32,000 nt of DNA from Cereibacter sphaeroides 2.4.1 (GTDB lineage: Bacteria; Pseudomonadota; Alphaproteobacteria; Rhodobacterales; Rhodobacteraceae): the NCBI RefSeq assembly GCF_000012905.2, contig NC_007489.1, positions 30,001 through 62,000 of the forward strand, given 5' to 3'. Under the pieces are notes generated by a model, which worked only from the letters and a program-made list of their open reading frames with translations, was not told where the DNA came from and made no database searches. Positions 16,612 through 25,579 of this stretch are shown here, piece by piece. The position numbers and the translations under genes are program-made. The first letter of the stretch is position 1; each line of letters begins with the position of its first letter.

Positions 16612-17344
16612 AGGGGAGCCGCAGACCCGCCCGCAAATCAGCAAGGCCGCCGACAAATCCCGGTCAAAGCCAAATCACAATCCAGTCCGGATCGAAATAC
16701 GATCCAAAGTTGCAAAAGACATCTCCAACGTAGTGCGACAGAAAACCTCACCAGGACAGATGCGGACGATGCGGCGGTGGCGTGAGCCTCGTCGGCAAGG
16801 ACAGAGCCAAATCCTCGACATGATCAAAGCCCGACGGAAACTGATCGAGGTGGCGCAGCCGAAGAATACTGCCCGTGCCGCGGGAAAACAATCCACTGCT
16901 CGGTAGCCTTGCAGATTCGGGCCTCCTCCCCTTCATTCTTGTCGCCCATGCGACGATCATCTTCACCTATATCGTCTCAACAAGCTCTTTGCCCGGATGG
17001 GCGCGGATGGCGCCTCGCATGGAACAGAGAAGACGGTTACCCCGAAATCGAGCGCCCGCATCGGCTTTGCGGCCCGTTCGATGAAACGGCAATTTCTATC
17101 GCAATTTCGGCAAACGCGACAAAAAGGTCAACAATCCGCGAATGTGTCGACATGAGGCTCTCAGCCTTTTGGGCTGACCCAGAACCACGCTACCAACACG
17201 CCATCTCTGCCCAGCGTCCCTCAGCGCACTCCGCCCGCTTCACGGATTTCACGTTCTCACTTCCGCGCCAGAGAGAACAAATCCATCTTCTAAGGTTAGA
17301 CGGCGGTTGTATCAGGGGCAAGATAATACTGAAATCTACTCCCC

Positions 17345-17476
17345 TTACAATCGGCGAACCGGAGGTGCTGCACCGGCCTCGACCAATGTCGTCTTCCCCT
17401 GGATGATCTCTACCACGAGCGCCGTCTTGCGCTTCGCCGTCCACCGCTTGATCGGGTCGTCCATCGTCACACTCAT
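17345..17476 (-). pseudogene. N-terminal fragment of a DUF1153-type IS accessory (orfA-like) protein
   Basis: The minus-strand translation MSVTMDDPIKRWTAKRKTALVVEIIQGKTT matches the conserved start of DUF1153/IS-associated helix-turn-helix proteins. The match is lost after about 30 codons and a stop follows at codon 44. Confidence 0.4.
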
Positions 17477-17531
17477 CGCTACCTTACTCCTTGTAGCATG
17501 AGCAGGTTCTCACTGGGTCGATTCATCCCTC

Positions 17532-17888
17532 CTAGTGGACGGACACGATCCGTGCCTCGATCTCCTCCGGCAGGTTGATGATCCGCAGCGATTCCGAAAC
17601 CATCGCGCTGCCCGCCCGTGTCGTGCGGCGGCATCCGCGAGCGGGTTTGCCTGACGCGGGGCCTTGATCATTGCGGCCTTCAGCCCACCTCGCGGCTGCG
17701 CGTAGAACGCGGCGTGGATGGTCTCGTGGCTGACGCGGGCCGAGGTGTCTGTAGCGCGCCCGCTGCCGCTCTGGTGCCGCCAAGAGCTCGATGGTCGCAT
17801 TCGCATGGGCGAGGTCGTGCTTGGCGTGCGCGATCTGAGCTTCGTAGGCCTTGATCTGCCCGAGGATCTCGGCGCGCCTCAGCTTCAA
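17532..17888 (-). pseudogene. IS30-family transposase relic (internal part, frameshifted) fused to an unrelated coiled-coil N-terminus
   Basis: IS30-like peptides are split over two minus-strand frames. SHETIHAAFYAQPRGGLKAAMIKAPRQ lies in the frame of ORF 17510-17806, and AGSAMVSESLRIINLPEEIEARIV lies in the frame of ORF 17532-17888. The sequence stops where the conserved PGHWEGD should begin. Confidence 0.4.
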
Positions 17889-17966
17889 TGTCTGGACGAT
17901 AAGGGGAAATCCCCCATCCGCCGCCGAAATGACGACCCGACCGGCAGCACGGGTTCGGTGAATAAG

Positions 17967-18521
17967 CTAAAACATACTCCGCATTTTCAAGCGAACAGCC
18001 GGCAATCCGCAGTTTATAGTCCATGGTTCGAGATCCTTCGTCGCTGTGCTACCGAGCCCAAGCACTGCACCCTCGCCGATACTGACGCCCGGGCCAACTG
18101 TTGACTGAGCAGCCACCCAAGCTCCATCACCGATTGATATTGCGCTCGTAATTAGGTCAAATGTCGCGCAGCTCCAATTGTGACTGCCGGTGCAGAGGTA
18201 AACGCCTTGGGAAATGCAAACGTTGGAGCCAATTATAACCGGCGCCAGGTTATCAATCCAAACGTCTTCTCCAATCCAACTGTTGTCGCCAACTCGGAGT
18301 CGCCAAGGAAACTTCACTCTCGTTCGTGGCTTGATAACAACACCTTCTCCAATGTAGGCGCCAAACAACCTTAGGACGCTTCTTCGCATTGCTGAGCCAG
18401 GAAGCCAAGACGCGAAGAAAATTGCCTGCACTACCGTCCAAAGGCCCTCTCGCCATTTGGCCGCGCCACGCTCAAAACCGTCATTGTTAAAGCGTGAAAG
18501 ATCAGGTTGGCCTTTGCTCAT
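17967..18521 (-). CDS. wcaF: WcaF-like polysaccharide O-acetyltransferase (left-handed beta-helix)
   Basis: It is colinear with E. coli WcaF as I remember it: LRLFGAYIGEGVVIKPRTRVKFPWRLRVGDNSWIGEDVWI...IGSNVCISQGVYLCTGSHNW...ISIGDGAWVAAQSTVGPGVSIGEGAVLG. Confidence 0.88.
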   Translation of the reverse strand: MSKGQPDLSRFNNDGFERGAAKWREGLWTVVQAIFFASWLPGSAMRRSVLRLFGAYIGEGVVIKPRTRVKFPWRLRVGDNSWIGEDVWIDNLAPVIIGSNVCISQGVYLCTGSHNWSCATFDLITSAISIGDGAWVAAQSTVGPGVSIGEGAVLGLGSTATKDLEPWTINCGLPAVRLKMRSMF

Positions 18522-18853
18522 TATTTACCTCAATATCGTGGTCGCCCGGGCAATAACCCGTTCTGGGTCATATACAGCAATGCCGGATCCGGCCATTATG
18601 CCCTGTCAGTACTAAATGATGACATCACGTCGTTTAGAAGGGGGCTTCCGTAATGGCACGGTCGTAGTCAAGGGCCATGGATTAACGTGAACCAAGCGCG
18701 ACACAGTGGCCTGTTCGCGGGTCATAGGAGTTGCCATCGCGGAGACGTCAAGGATCGTAGAGGTGCCAGCGCAGGCCCACGTACCGACGCGAGAAGCGGT
18801 TCGGGTTTTGCCAGATGCACACTGGATGCCGACGTGTAGTACTAGTAGTACTA

Positions 18854-20059
18854 GTGTTCCTCACCTGACGGAGGATTCCCGTTTTCGGTGATATGTGTCA
18901 TTGTTCGGGCATGAGACGCGATGACATCTGCCTTTATCTTGGCCCCGACGACCGAGCGCAGCTGGAAGCGCTGCTGACTGACCCAACACGCCCCGGAAGG
19001 TCGTCTGGCGCGCCGGTATCATATTGGCGTCAGCCGACCACTGCGGCACCAGCGAGATCATGCGGCGGGCAAGGACGTCGAAGCCGACGGTCTGGCGCTG
19101 GCAGGCGCGGTATCTCGACGAAGGCGTCGATGGCCTGAAGCGCGACAAGACGCGGCCTTCGCGGGTGCCTCCGCTGCCTCGGGAAACGCGCCTCAAGGTG
19201 ATCGCAAAGACGGTGAAGGAGACGCCGCCGACGGCACGCACTGGAGCCGGTCGAGCATGGCCGCAGCCGTGGGCATCTCGCCGTCGAGCGTGGGCCGGAT
19301 TTGGGCGGAAGCCGGCCTGAAGCCACACCTGACAAAGGGTTTCAAGGTGTCGAACGACCCGATGTTCGAGGAGAAGGTCACCGAGATCGTCGGCCTCTAC
19401 CTCGATCCGCCGGACCGGGCGGTGGTGCTCTGCGTCGACGAGAAGTCTCAGATCCAGGCGCTCGACCGAACCCAGCCGTTCGTCGGCTTACGCGGCCCCA
19501 CCGGGGCCACGCTCCTCCTCACCCGCTGAAGAAGGGGCGCGCGACCACCATGACCCACGATTACAGGCGGAACGGCACGACCACGCTGTTCGCCGCGCTC
19601 GATGTGAAATCGGGCATGGTCATCGGCGAATGCATGCCGCGCCACCGGGCGAAGGAGTTCCTGGCATTCCTGCGCCGCATCGACCGCGCCGTCCTGAAGC
19701 CGCGCGACGTGCATCTGGTGCTGGACAACCATGCGACCCACAAGACGCCCGAGGTGCAGGCGTGGCTGGAGAAGCATCCGCGGTTCAAGCTGCACTTCAC
19801 GCCCACCAGCGCCTCGTGGATGAACCTGGTCGAACGCTTCTTCGCCGAGATCACGAACCGGCGCATCCGCCGGGGCAGCTACGAGAGCGTCGACGATCTC
19901 GAGAACGCGATCTACGACTACCTGCTGCTTCACAACAAGAAGCCGAAGCCCTTCGTCTGGACCAAATCGGCGCAAGACATCCTCACCCGCGAACGCCGCG
20001 CGCTGGACAAACTCGATGAAATCCGCGGAAATCGGTAACAAGCGTCAGACTCGGAACAC
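18854..20059 (+). mobile_element. IS630-family insertion sequence (1206 bp) with TA duplication in a CTAG target
   Basis: The terminal inverted repeats are GTGTTCCTCACCTGACG (left) and the reverse complement of the right end, GTGTTCCGAGTCTGACG. TA flanks both ends (18852-18853 and 20060-20061). The reconstructed target is GTAC-TA-GCTGG, i.e. CTAG. A hand count of one 60-nt interior line gives 40/60 G+C, against 28-29/60 in the flanking genes. Confidence 0.85.
18911..20038 (+). pseudogene. IS630-family DDE transposase, disrupted by at least three frame changes
   Basis: Homologous peptides run across four segments. MRRDDICLYLGPDDRAQLEALL is in frame 2. [38 protein letters not shown]...THW is in frame 1. 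[24 protein letters not shown]...[18 protein letters not shown] is in frame 3. [25 protein letters not shown]...LDNHATHK...SASWMNLVERFF is in frame 2. About 40 extra nt lie between DRTQP and LKKG (19479-19522). Confidence 0.8.
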
Positions 20060-20101
20060 TAGCTGGTTCAGCCCGAACAACGCGGAACGGCAGCCCATGC
20101 C

Positions 20102-21250
20102 TCACGTTAAAACGAAACTTGGAAGGTTATCCCCTTTTACTACCCAAGAATAGACCTCAAGCATGTTTGAAGCAAGTTTTTCTTCGCCAAAATCTTTCTC
20201 CATCCAAGCCCGGCCCTTTCTTCCCATTTCTCCCAACGCTCGCCTAGGCAGTTCCGTCGCTTGCAGTAGAGTCGCCCGGAGCGTCTGATCGTTCAAATCG
20301 ATCCACCAGCCACACCCATACTCGCGGAGGCCTGACCAAGGAGCATTTCGCGTGGTGATTGCTGGTACACCGTGCGACAAAGCTTCGGCAACGACAAGAC
20401 CGAAGTTCTCGGCATGAGTGGGAAGAATAAAGATATCCGCCCCAGCATAAAGCGAGCTCTTTGCTTCGCCGTGAATCGGCCCAAGCCACCGAACGCGGGA
20501 AACATTCAGCTTCCGCGCATAAAGTTGCATCTCTTTTGTGTGATTAAGCTCATCTGGTCCCGCTATAATGAGTTCCCAATCCGGGCGCGCATCCTCTACT
20601 GCAGCCCAAGCGCGAAGCAAATATGGGAGGCCCTTTTTCGGATGAATCCGACTAAGAAACAAAAGGCGGCGCATGCCCGGACGAGGATTCGAGCCGCCTT
20701 GTAAAGGTGGTATGCTAACACTATTAGGTACAACAGCAATTGGGTTCCGCAGCCCAAAAGAGCGGAGATGCTCAGCTTCCATCGTAGCCGTCGCTCTGAG
20801 GCAGAAGGCCTTTGCTAGATGCTGATCCTCGAACAGGTGGCGCACCAACGCCTTCTTCCAGCGCGAGTGATCCCTAGCCCAAGGGTCCAACATCCCCCTA
20901 GGTGTAATGACGTAAGGAGTGCCAAACCCTATATGATGCCGTAGATTGGCGAGCGATGGATAAGTCCAGATACCTTGGACGTCGACCACGTCGGGCCTAA
21001 GACTGGCCAACGTAGTTCCAATGTCCGGAGCATAACGAAAGGGCGTTCGCAACGGTTGTACGTGTGAGTGAACGTTTTGCCCCCAGCGAGAACCTGCACC
21101 TGGATCTTCTGGATCTTCAACACCGACGACATGGGTATCAACGCCTTTCCTTGTCAAACCGCGGGCAAGCGATGGAACAGACGAAGCTAATCCACCTGCG
21201 GCAGGTGAAAGAAGAGCCGTTACAAGTGCTACTTTCAAGTGCTCCCCCAT
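20102..21250 (-). CDS. GT4-family (GT-B fold) glycosyltransferase
   Basis: The 382-aa product starts with an N-terminal GG motif (LLSPAAGGLASSV) and ends with the signature ADIFILPTHAENFGLVVAEALSHGVPAITT (E-X7-E). Confidence 0.9.
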   Translation of the reverse strand: MGEHLKVALVTALLSPAAGGLASSVPSLARGLTRKGVDTHVVGVEDPEDPGAGSRWGQNVHSHVQPLRTPFRYAPDIGTTLASLRPDVVDVQGIWTYPSLANLRHHIGFGTPYVITPRGMLDPWARDHSRWKKALVRHLFEDQHLAKAFCLRATATMEAEHLRSFGLRNPIAVVPNSVSIPPLQGGSNPRPGMRRLLFLSRIHPKKGLPYLLRAWAAVEDARPDWELIIAGPDELNHTKEMQLYARKLNVSRVRWLGPIHGEAKSSLYAGADIFILPTHAENFGLVVAEALSHGVPAITTRNAPWSGLREYGCGWWIDLNDQTLRATLLQATELPRRALGEMGRKGRAWMEKDFGEEKLASNMLEVYSWVVKGDNLPSFVLT

Positions 21251-21335
21251 AATGCTTGAGCATACCTTTCCAAGCTTTTGTTCTATAAGCGCGAAAGAAT
21301 GTATATGGCCTTCATTCCGAGTTGACTACAGCGCG

Positions 21336-22625
21336 TCAACGAATACGCATCCTTGCGATTCTCGCTCCAAGTCGCTCGATCAGAATAATAACAACAAACC
21401 CGCAAAGAACCATCGCCAACTGCGTCAGTCGAAGATTAGTGAAGTGGAAATTGAATGCAGTTGTCAACGCGAGGAAAAACGATTTCGGGCCAAATCCATG
21501 ACTTCGTGCTATTGCAAAGCCGGTTCCGATCACGATGCCTCTGATTGCGCTGAACAGCAGCGCTCCGATCAATCCGAAGTTCGCGTACCCATTCCCGTAC
21601 GACTCCGGTGGCCAAGAGCTAGGATACATGAGGGAGAAAGGCAAAGATGGTACAACATGATAGCCTTCGGCGAGCGTTCGAATGTATACCCCCTCGTCAA
21701 GTGGCGGATTACCGTAAGGCCCCGGGATCATAAACCTAGCTATAAGATCTTTGAATGAGCTTCCTTGCCACTTTGGGTGATTGTCGAAGTAGTCAGTGAT
21801 GAATAGATAGGTGTCTAAGTAACTGAGATTAGCGATCGTCGATACGGCGCCCGCTTTAAAATCTCCCGCCGAGCCAGTCTGGTTGTTTACACGCCATTCG
21901 AGCATCGCAGAGAAGAAGATCACGATTAACGCTGTTAAACCTACAGACGTAAGCGAGATTAACGGGATCTTGCGGACGTACTTTTGATAAGCAATCCAAG
22001 CAAACAACAGAATAAATATCGGGATCTTTCGTCCCCCGAAAACTGCCAGAAGGACAAACAAGGAGGAAACAATGAAGATCAAGAGTATGAGACGCATTCT
22101 CCGCTGACTGTGAACCCTGGTTGCATGTAGGATCGTCAGAAATATCGCGGGCGTCAGGAATATGTCGTAGACTCCAGTTCCCGCGAGAAGTTCTGCTCGG
22201 GATGCGATATTACCAATGATGTAGAAAAGGCCACCGGCGGCACTTAGCTTAACAATGACAAGCGCAACGCAGAAGCCGAATAATAGCAAAACTGTTGCAG
22301 GTGTCGACGTTTTTGCCTCTGAGGCTGCCGACGAAGAAGGGAGCCTACCTCTAAATGAGGCAGCAACAATGATGCCAAAAATCGTAAATAAAAGCGAAAT
22401 TGCGTAGTACCCTGAGACTTTAGAAAGGCCCTCTCGAACGGGCAACGAAGTCAAATAAGCCACACGTGATCTGTCTGGGTCGATGGCCAGAATGGCATAG
22501 TACGGCAAGATCGTGACTGAACTCAAAATAGAAACTATGCGAACGGGGGCATTATAAAGTGGACGTCGACCCTCACAAGTCAATCCAATAGCGTGAACTA
22601 GGAAGAGAAGCAGCCCACCAAGCAT
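21336..22625 (-). CDS. wzy: Wzy-type oligosaccharide repeat-unit polymerase (polytopic membrane protein)
   Basis: The 429-aa product has at least 10 hydrophobic segments, low-complexity loops and no soluble domains. Its position between a GT and an acetyltransferase in a Wzx/Wza/Wzc locus fits Wzy. The sequence itself is not diagnostic. Confidence 0.6.
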   Translation of the reverse strand: MLGGLLLFLVHAIGLTCEGRRPLYNAPVRIVSILSSVTILPYYAILAIDPDRSRVAYLTSLPVREGLSKVSGYYAISLLFTIFGIIVAASFRGRLPSSSAASEAKTSTPATVLLLFGFCVALVIVKLSAAGGLFYIIGNIASRAELLAGTGVYDIFLTPAIFLTILHATRVHSQRRMRLILLIFIVSSLFVLLAVFGGRKIPIFILLFAWIAYQKYVRKIPLISLTSVGLTALIVIFFSAMLEWRVNNQTGSAGDFKAGAVSTIANLSYLDTYLFITDYFDNHPKWQGSSFKDLIARFMIPGPYGNPPLDEGVYIRTLAEGYHVVPSLPFSLMYPSSWPPESYGNGYANFGLIGALLFSAIRGIVIGTGFAIARSHGFGPKSFFLALTTAFNFHFTNLRLTQLAMVLCGFVVIILIERLGARIARMRIR

Positions 22626-22626
22626 A

Positions 22627-23214
22627 CTATTGTAGCGTCCTTATTACTCGTGCCGGATTTCCAGCTACAACGCTGTTAGGCGGAACATCACTAGAGACAA
22701 TTGCGCCAGCAGCAATCACAGAACCCTTCCCAATACGTTGACATTGAGGCAAAACAATCGCCCGGGCTCCGATCCAAGCGAGGTCGCCAATCTCTTTATA
22801 GAAACCCCGCGGTGGTGAGTGTGGATCAAATCCGTGACTATGCGTGTAGACTACCGCAGACTCGGAAATCACGACGTTGCGGCCGACCTTCAGACCGCCG
22901 GTGTAGTCGATCCGAACATTCATGTTTATTGAAACATCATCTCCAATATCCATGAAGCCGTTTTCGCTTTCGGAGACCACTATGCTTCCGCTGCAGATAA
23001 TGCAGTTGGTCCCAAAGGAGATTTGTTTTAGATCTTGCAGCCACACGTTGTGCTGAACGCGACTGCCCTCGCCAAAGTGCTTGCATAGTGCTTGGGCTAT
23101 GCCTGTTGCAAGTAGGCTTCTACTTTTATTTAAAACGGCGCGAGATAGGCGCAAGAGGCGGAGTAGGGCTACGCCGGCACCATATTGGATCAACTTCTTA
23201 ATCCCTTGTCTCAT
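22627..23214 (-). CDS. hexapeptide-repeat (LbH) O-acetyltransferase
   Basis: The C-terminal half shows hexapeptide periodicity and the typical ending: IGDDVSINMNVRI..., VGRNVVISESAVVYTHSH, IGDLAWIGARAIVLPQCQRIGKGSVIAAGAIVSSDVPPNSVVAGNPARVIR. Confidence 0.85.
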   Translation of the reverse strand: MRQGIKKLIQYGAGVALLRLLRLSRAVLNKSRSLLATGIAQALCKHFGEGSRVQHNVWLQDLKQISFGTNCIICSGSIVVSESENGFMDIGDDVSINMNVRIDYTGGLKVGRNVVISESAVVYTHSHGFDPHSPPRGFYKEIGDLAWIGARAIVLPQCQRIGKGSVIAAGAIVSSDVPPNSVVAGNPARVIRTLQ

Positions 23215-23314
23215 TTCCGAAGATCAACCCCAAAACTGGATGTGCCGGTTCTGATTGGCCGACTTCCGATTGAACCCGAAGACATGGCCATGGCACGTTG
23301 CCCTGCCTATCAGC

Positions 23315-24553
23315 CTAACGATGAAGATGCAGAACCGATAAGACGGAAAAGATCAGACGAACTAAGTATCCTGCACAAACGCACGCTCCAATCATCCATA
23401 GGCTAAAATCGATAGGCGCTTCTCTTGCCACAGCAAAGAAAAGCACACTTGATCCTATTCCAATTAGCGGCGCCAAGAAGTATCTTGTGTGCTGATCAGA
23501 AACTATTAGCCCCTGACTCAGATATCCGCAGCTTGCCCAGAATAAGATTGCCAGCCCCACCATTAATATGCTTTCGCGCACAGCATCAGGTTCTGCATGG
23601 AAAACCAAGTCAAGAATTTGCGAGGGAAGAGATTGAATAGTAAGAGCCGTCAATACCGAAGCGACCAGCCCAAAACTCGCCGACCTAAAAAGATATCTCT
23701 TCAAACCGCTCTTATCACCAGCCTGCCGTGCTTTTCTTGAGTTCTCGAGTGTAATATACCCCGTTGCTGTTACAATTAGTTGAAACGGAACGAACATCAT
23801 TTGCGCAAGGGCCAACACACCCATGAAGTGCGTCGACGCTGCCATAAGACATAGGTACCGCAACATATTTGCCTGCAGACTATCGAGCACTGGGTGCAAT
23901 GCTGAGATTGACCAGGTGGACCTAATAAGTGACCGAATGCAGTTCCTATTGTGTCCTACACTCCGGACGGAAGTGCGCGTCACAGGCAAAATATCGAAGT
24001 ATGCCACCACTAGCACGGTTGATAGCAGTGAGATTACTAATGCACCGTCGAGGCTAAACCCTAACTCGAATGCAACCAGAAATGGCGCAAGATTGCCAAG
24101 GCCTCTAACGAGGAAAGATCGCCCAACATTGGATCTCTGATTGCGCTGCTGAAAGTATCCCACAGACACATCGCTTATCTGATCGAAGGATCTCAGGGCT
24201 AACAACAGGATGGCGGATCTTCCCGTTTCGGAGGAAGCTGACACCAGATACGTGATAGCTCCCGCCAAGATGAAACATGCTAAAGTTGTGGTGCTTCGTA
24301 ACAACAACGCTGTGGAAGGCGATATTTTCGGCGGATCCGAAACTGCCATCGCTACCCGAAGATTCAACCCTGTTAGCAGACAAAGCGGCGCGAAGATGCT
24401 CAGGCCAACTGAAAACGATCCGATGATTTCATAGGACGATGTGTGCGCCGTTGCGAGCAACACAGCCGCCTGAGATGCCGCCCAGACGATCTGACCCAAT
24501 AATAATGTAGCCACACCGAGCGACGCTGCCTTTTTATCTGTTCGTTGTTGCAA
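23315..24553 (-). CDS. wzx: Wzx-type (MOP superfamily) oligosaccharide flippase
   Basis: The 412-aa product has about 12 hydrophobic segments and a short basic N-terminus, and sits in a typical locus position. The start codon is TTG at 24553, with no in-frame ATG nearby. Confidence 0.6.
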   Translation of the reverse strand: MQQRTDKKAASLGVATLLLGQIVWAASQAAVLLATAHTSSYEIIGSFSVGLSIFAPLCLLTGLNLRVAMAVSDPPKISPSTALLLRSTTTLACFILAGAITYLVSASSETGRSAILLLALRSFDQISDVSVGYFQQRNQRSNVGRSFLVRGLGNLAPFLVAFELGFSLDGALVISLLSTVLVVAYFDILPVTRTSVRSVGHNRNCIRSLIRSTWSISALHPVLDSLQANMLRYLCLMAASTHFMGVLALAQMMFVPFQLIVTATGYITLENSRKARQAGDKSGLKRYLFRSASFGLVASVLTALTIQSLPSQILDLVFHAEPDAVRESILMVGLAILFWASCGYLSQGLIVSDQHTRYFLAPLIGIGSSVLFFAVAREAPIDFSLWMIGACVCAGYLVRLIFSVLSVLHLHR

Positions 24554-24570
24554 AAGAAGGCTCTTTGACT

Positions 24571-25299
24571 TCAGGCAGTAGGCGATTTGCGCAAAAAAAC
24601 CAGCATGCTCCCAACCATCGCTGCGGGAAGTATGCTGTGCAGTAATTCAGCTGATCTGTAAATGATTCGGCTTCCGGCATAATAGGCGGGATCGGTTTTG
24701 TAGAAATAAGATAGATCAGAGTAATTTGGAAAATGGCCCTTTATCTTCGTCATCGTGTTAAGTCTGTGGAATGTCGGAAATATGTCTTGTTCTTCCCTTA
24801 GGGGTTGCGTCACCTTGAGCGCCCTTGAGTGGATCCGCTCAGGCAAAAGATTAGAGATAATTGTTATATAGTTTGTTATGTGTGGAGTCCGTGCGCAGAA
24901 GAATCCCCCTGGCTTGAGAATGCGGTCCACTTCAGAGCAAAACTTCCAGGGGTCTTCGACATGCTCGAGCACAAAGTCCGCGATCGCTAGGTCGACGGCT
25001 TGATCCGGAAGCGGAAAAACGCAGTTCTCGATTAAGAGAGAGAGATCGGCAGACGCGTTCTGATAAACAGCCTCATCGACGTCAATCGCGGTTACTCTTT
25101 TAACCTTACCCTTCAGAGTTCTGAGGCTTGTCTTGATGCAATCCGGATCTTTCTCCATCCATGCGGCTCTTCCCGCACCTATATCCACCACTTCGAATTC
25201 TGGTTTGATCAGTGCATTAATTCTTAGGTAGAACTCTATTGTTGCATCTCTTTGAGTGTACCCCCCGGCGAAACGGTTGACTGGATTGAAGCGTGTCAT
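24571..25299 (-). CDS. class I SAM-dependent methyltransferase
   Basis: It has motif I (VVDIGAGRAAW), a post-I acidic residue (VTAIDVD), and motifs II/III (DLAIADFVLEHVEDP...LKPGGFF). Confidence 0.85.
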   Translation of the reverse strand: MTRFNPVNRFAGGYTQRDATIEFYLRINALIKPEFEVVDIGAGRAAWMEKDPDCIKTSLRTLKGKVKRVTAIDVDEAVYQNASADLSLLIENCVFPLPDQAVDLAIADFVLEHVEDPWKFCSEVDRILKPGGFFCARTPHITNYITIISNLLPERIHSRALKVTQPLREEQDIFPTFHRLNTMTKIKGHFPNYSDLSYFYKTDPAYYAGSRIIYRSAELLHSILPAAMVGSMLVFLRKSPTA

Positions 25300-25579
25300 T
25301 CAAGGGTCCTTATGTACTTGCGTATGTTGACTGCAATAAAGAATGCCTGATACCAACTTCAATCCTGCACAAGAGGCATTGGATCCAGTATCAACAGATG
25401 TTAAGCAGGGTCCGCGCATTTGGGCAAGTTTGGCCGAACTTGATGCCGTGGGGGCGGCGGCTTTCCATCTTAAAGAAGCCAAGTGCATGTAGCAGGGCGC
25501 TGAATTGGTCTTCGCCAGCCCCCGAAAGGTCAAAGCCCCGAGAAGATGTTCGCCGGACGCGCCGTATCGCTCTATCAAG

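Noticed and set aside
12873-16906. Large ORFs lie antisense or out of frame to wzc, wzb and wza: 581 aa (+), 474 aa (-), 792 aa (+) and 482 aa (-).
   Set aside because: They are shadow ORFs. The wza, wzb and wzc frames carry lipobox, C-X5-R, Walker and Tyr-tail motifs. The alternatives are Arg/Pro/Gly-rich with no motifs.
18025-18032. A tRNA T-loop-like GGTTCGAG occurs here, and a similar GGTTCGAG occurs on the minus strand of the 97-nt repeats.
   Set aside because: The flanking bases do not form a T-stem, and no acceptor or anticodon arms could be built. The first instance lies inside the wcaF-like CDS. I found no tRNA, rRNA or CRISPR-like spaced repeats anywhere in the window by eye.
18522-18853. 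A possible gene remnant lies between wcaF and the IS630 copy. The minus-strand peptide ...IWQNPNRFSRRYVGLRWHLYDP ends at a stop.
   Set aside because: Only about 28 codons are readable, I recognised no family, and the matching upstream part is absent on the other side of the IS. I treat it as unassigned spacer.
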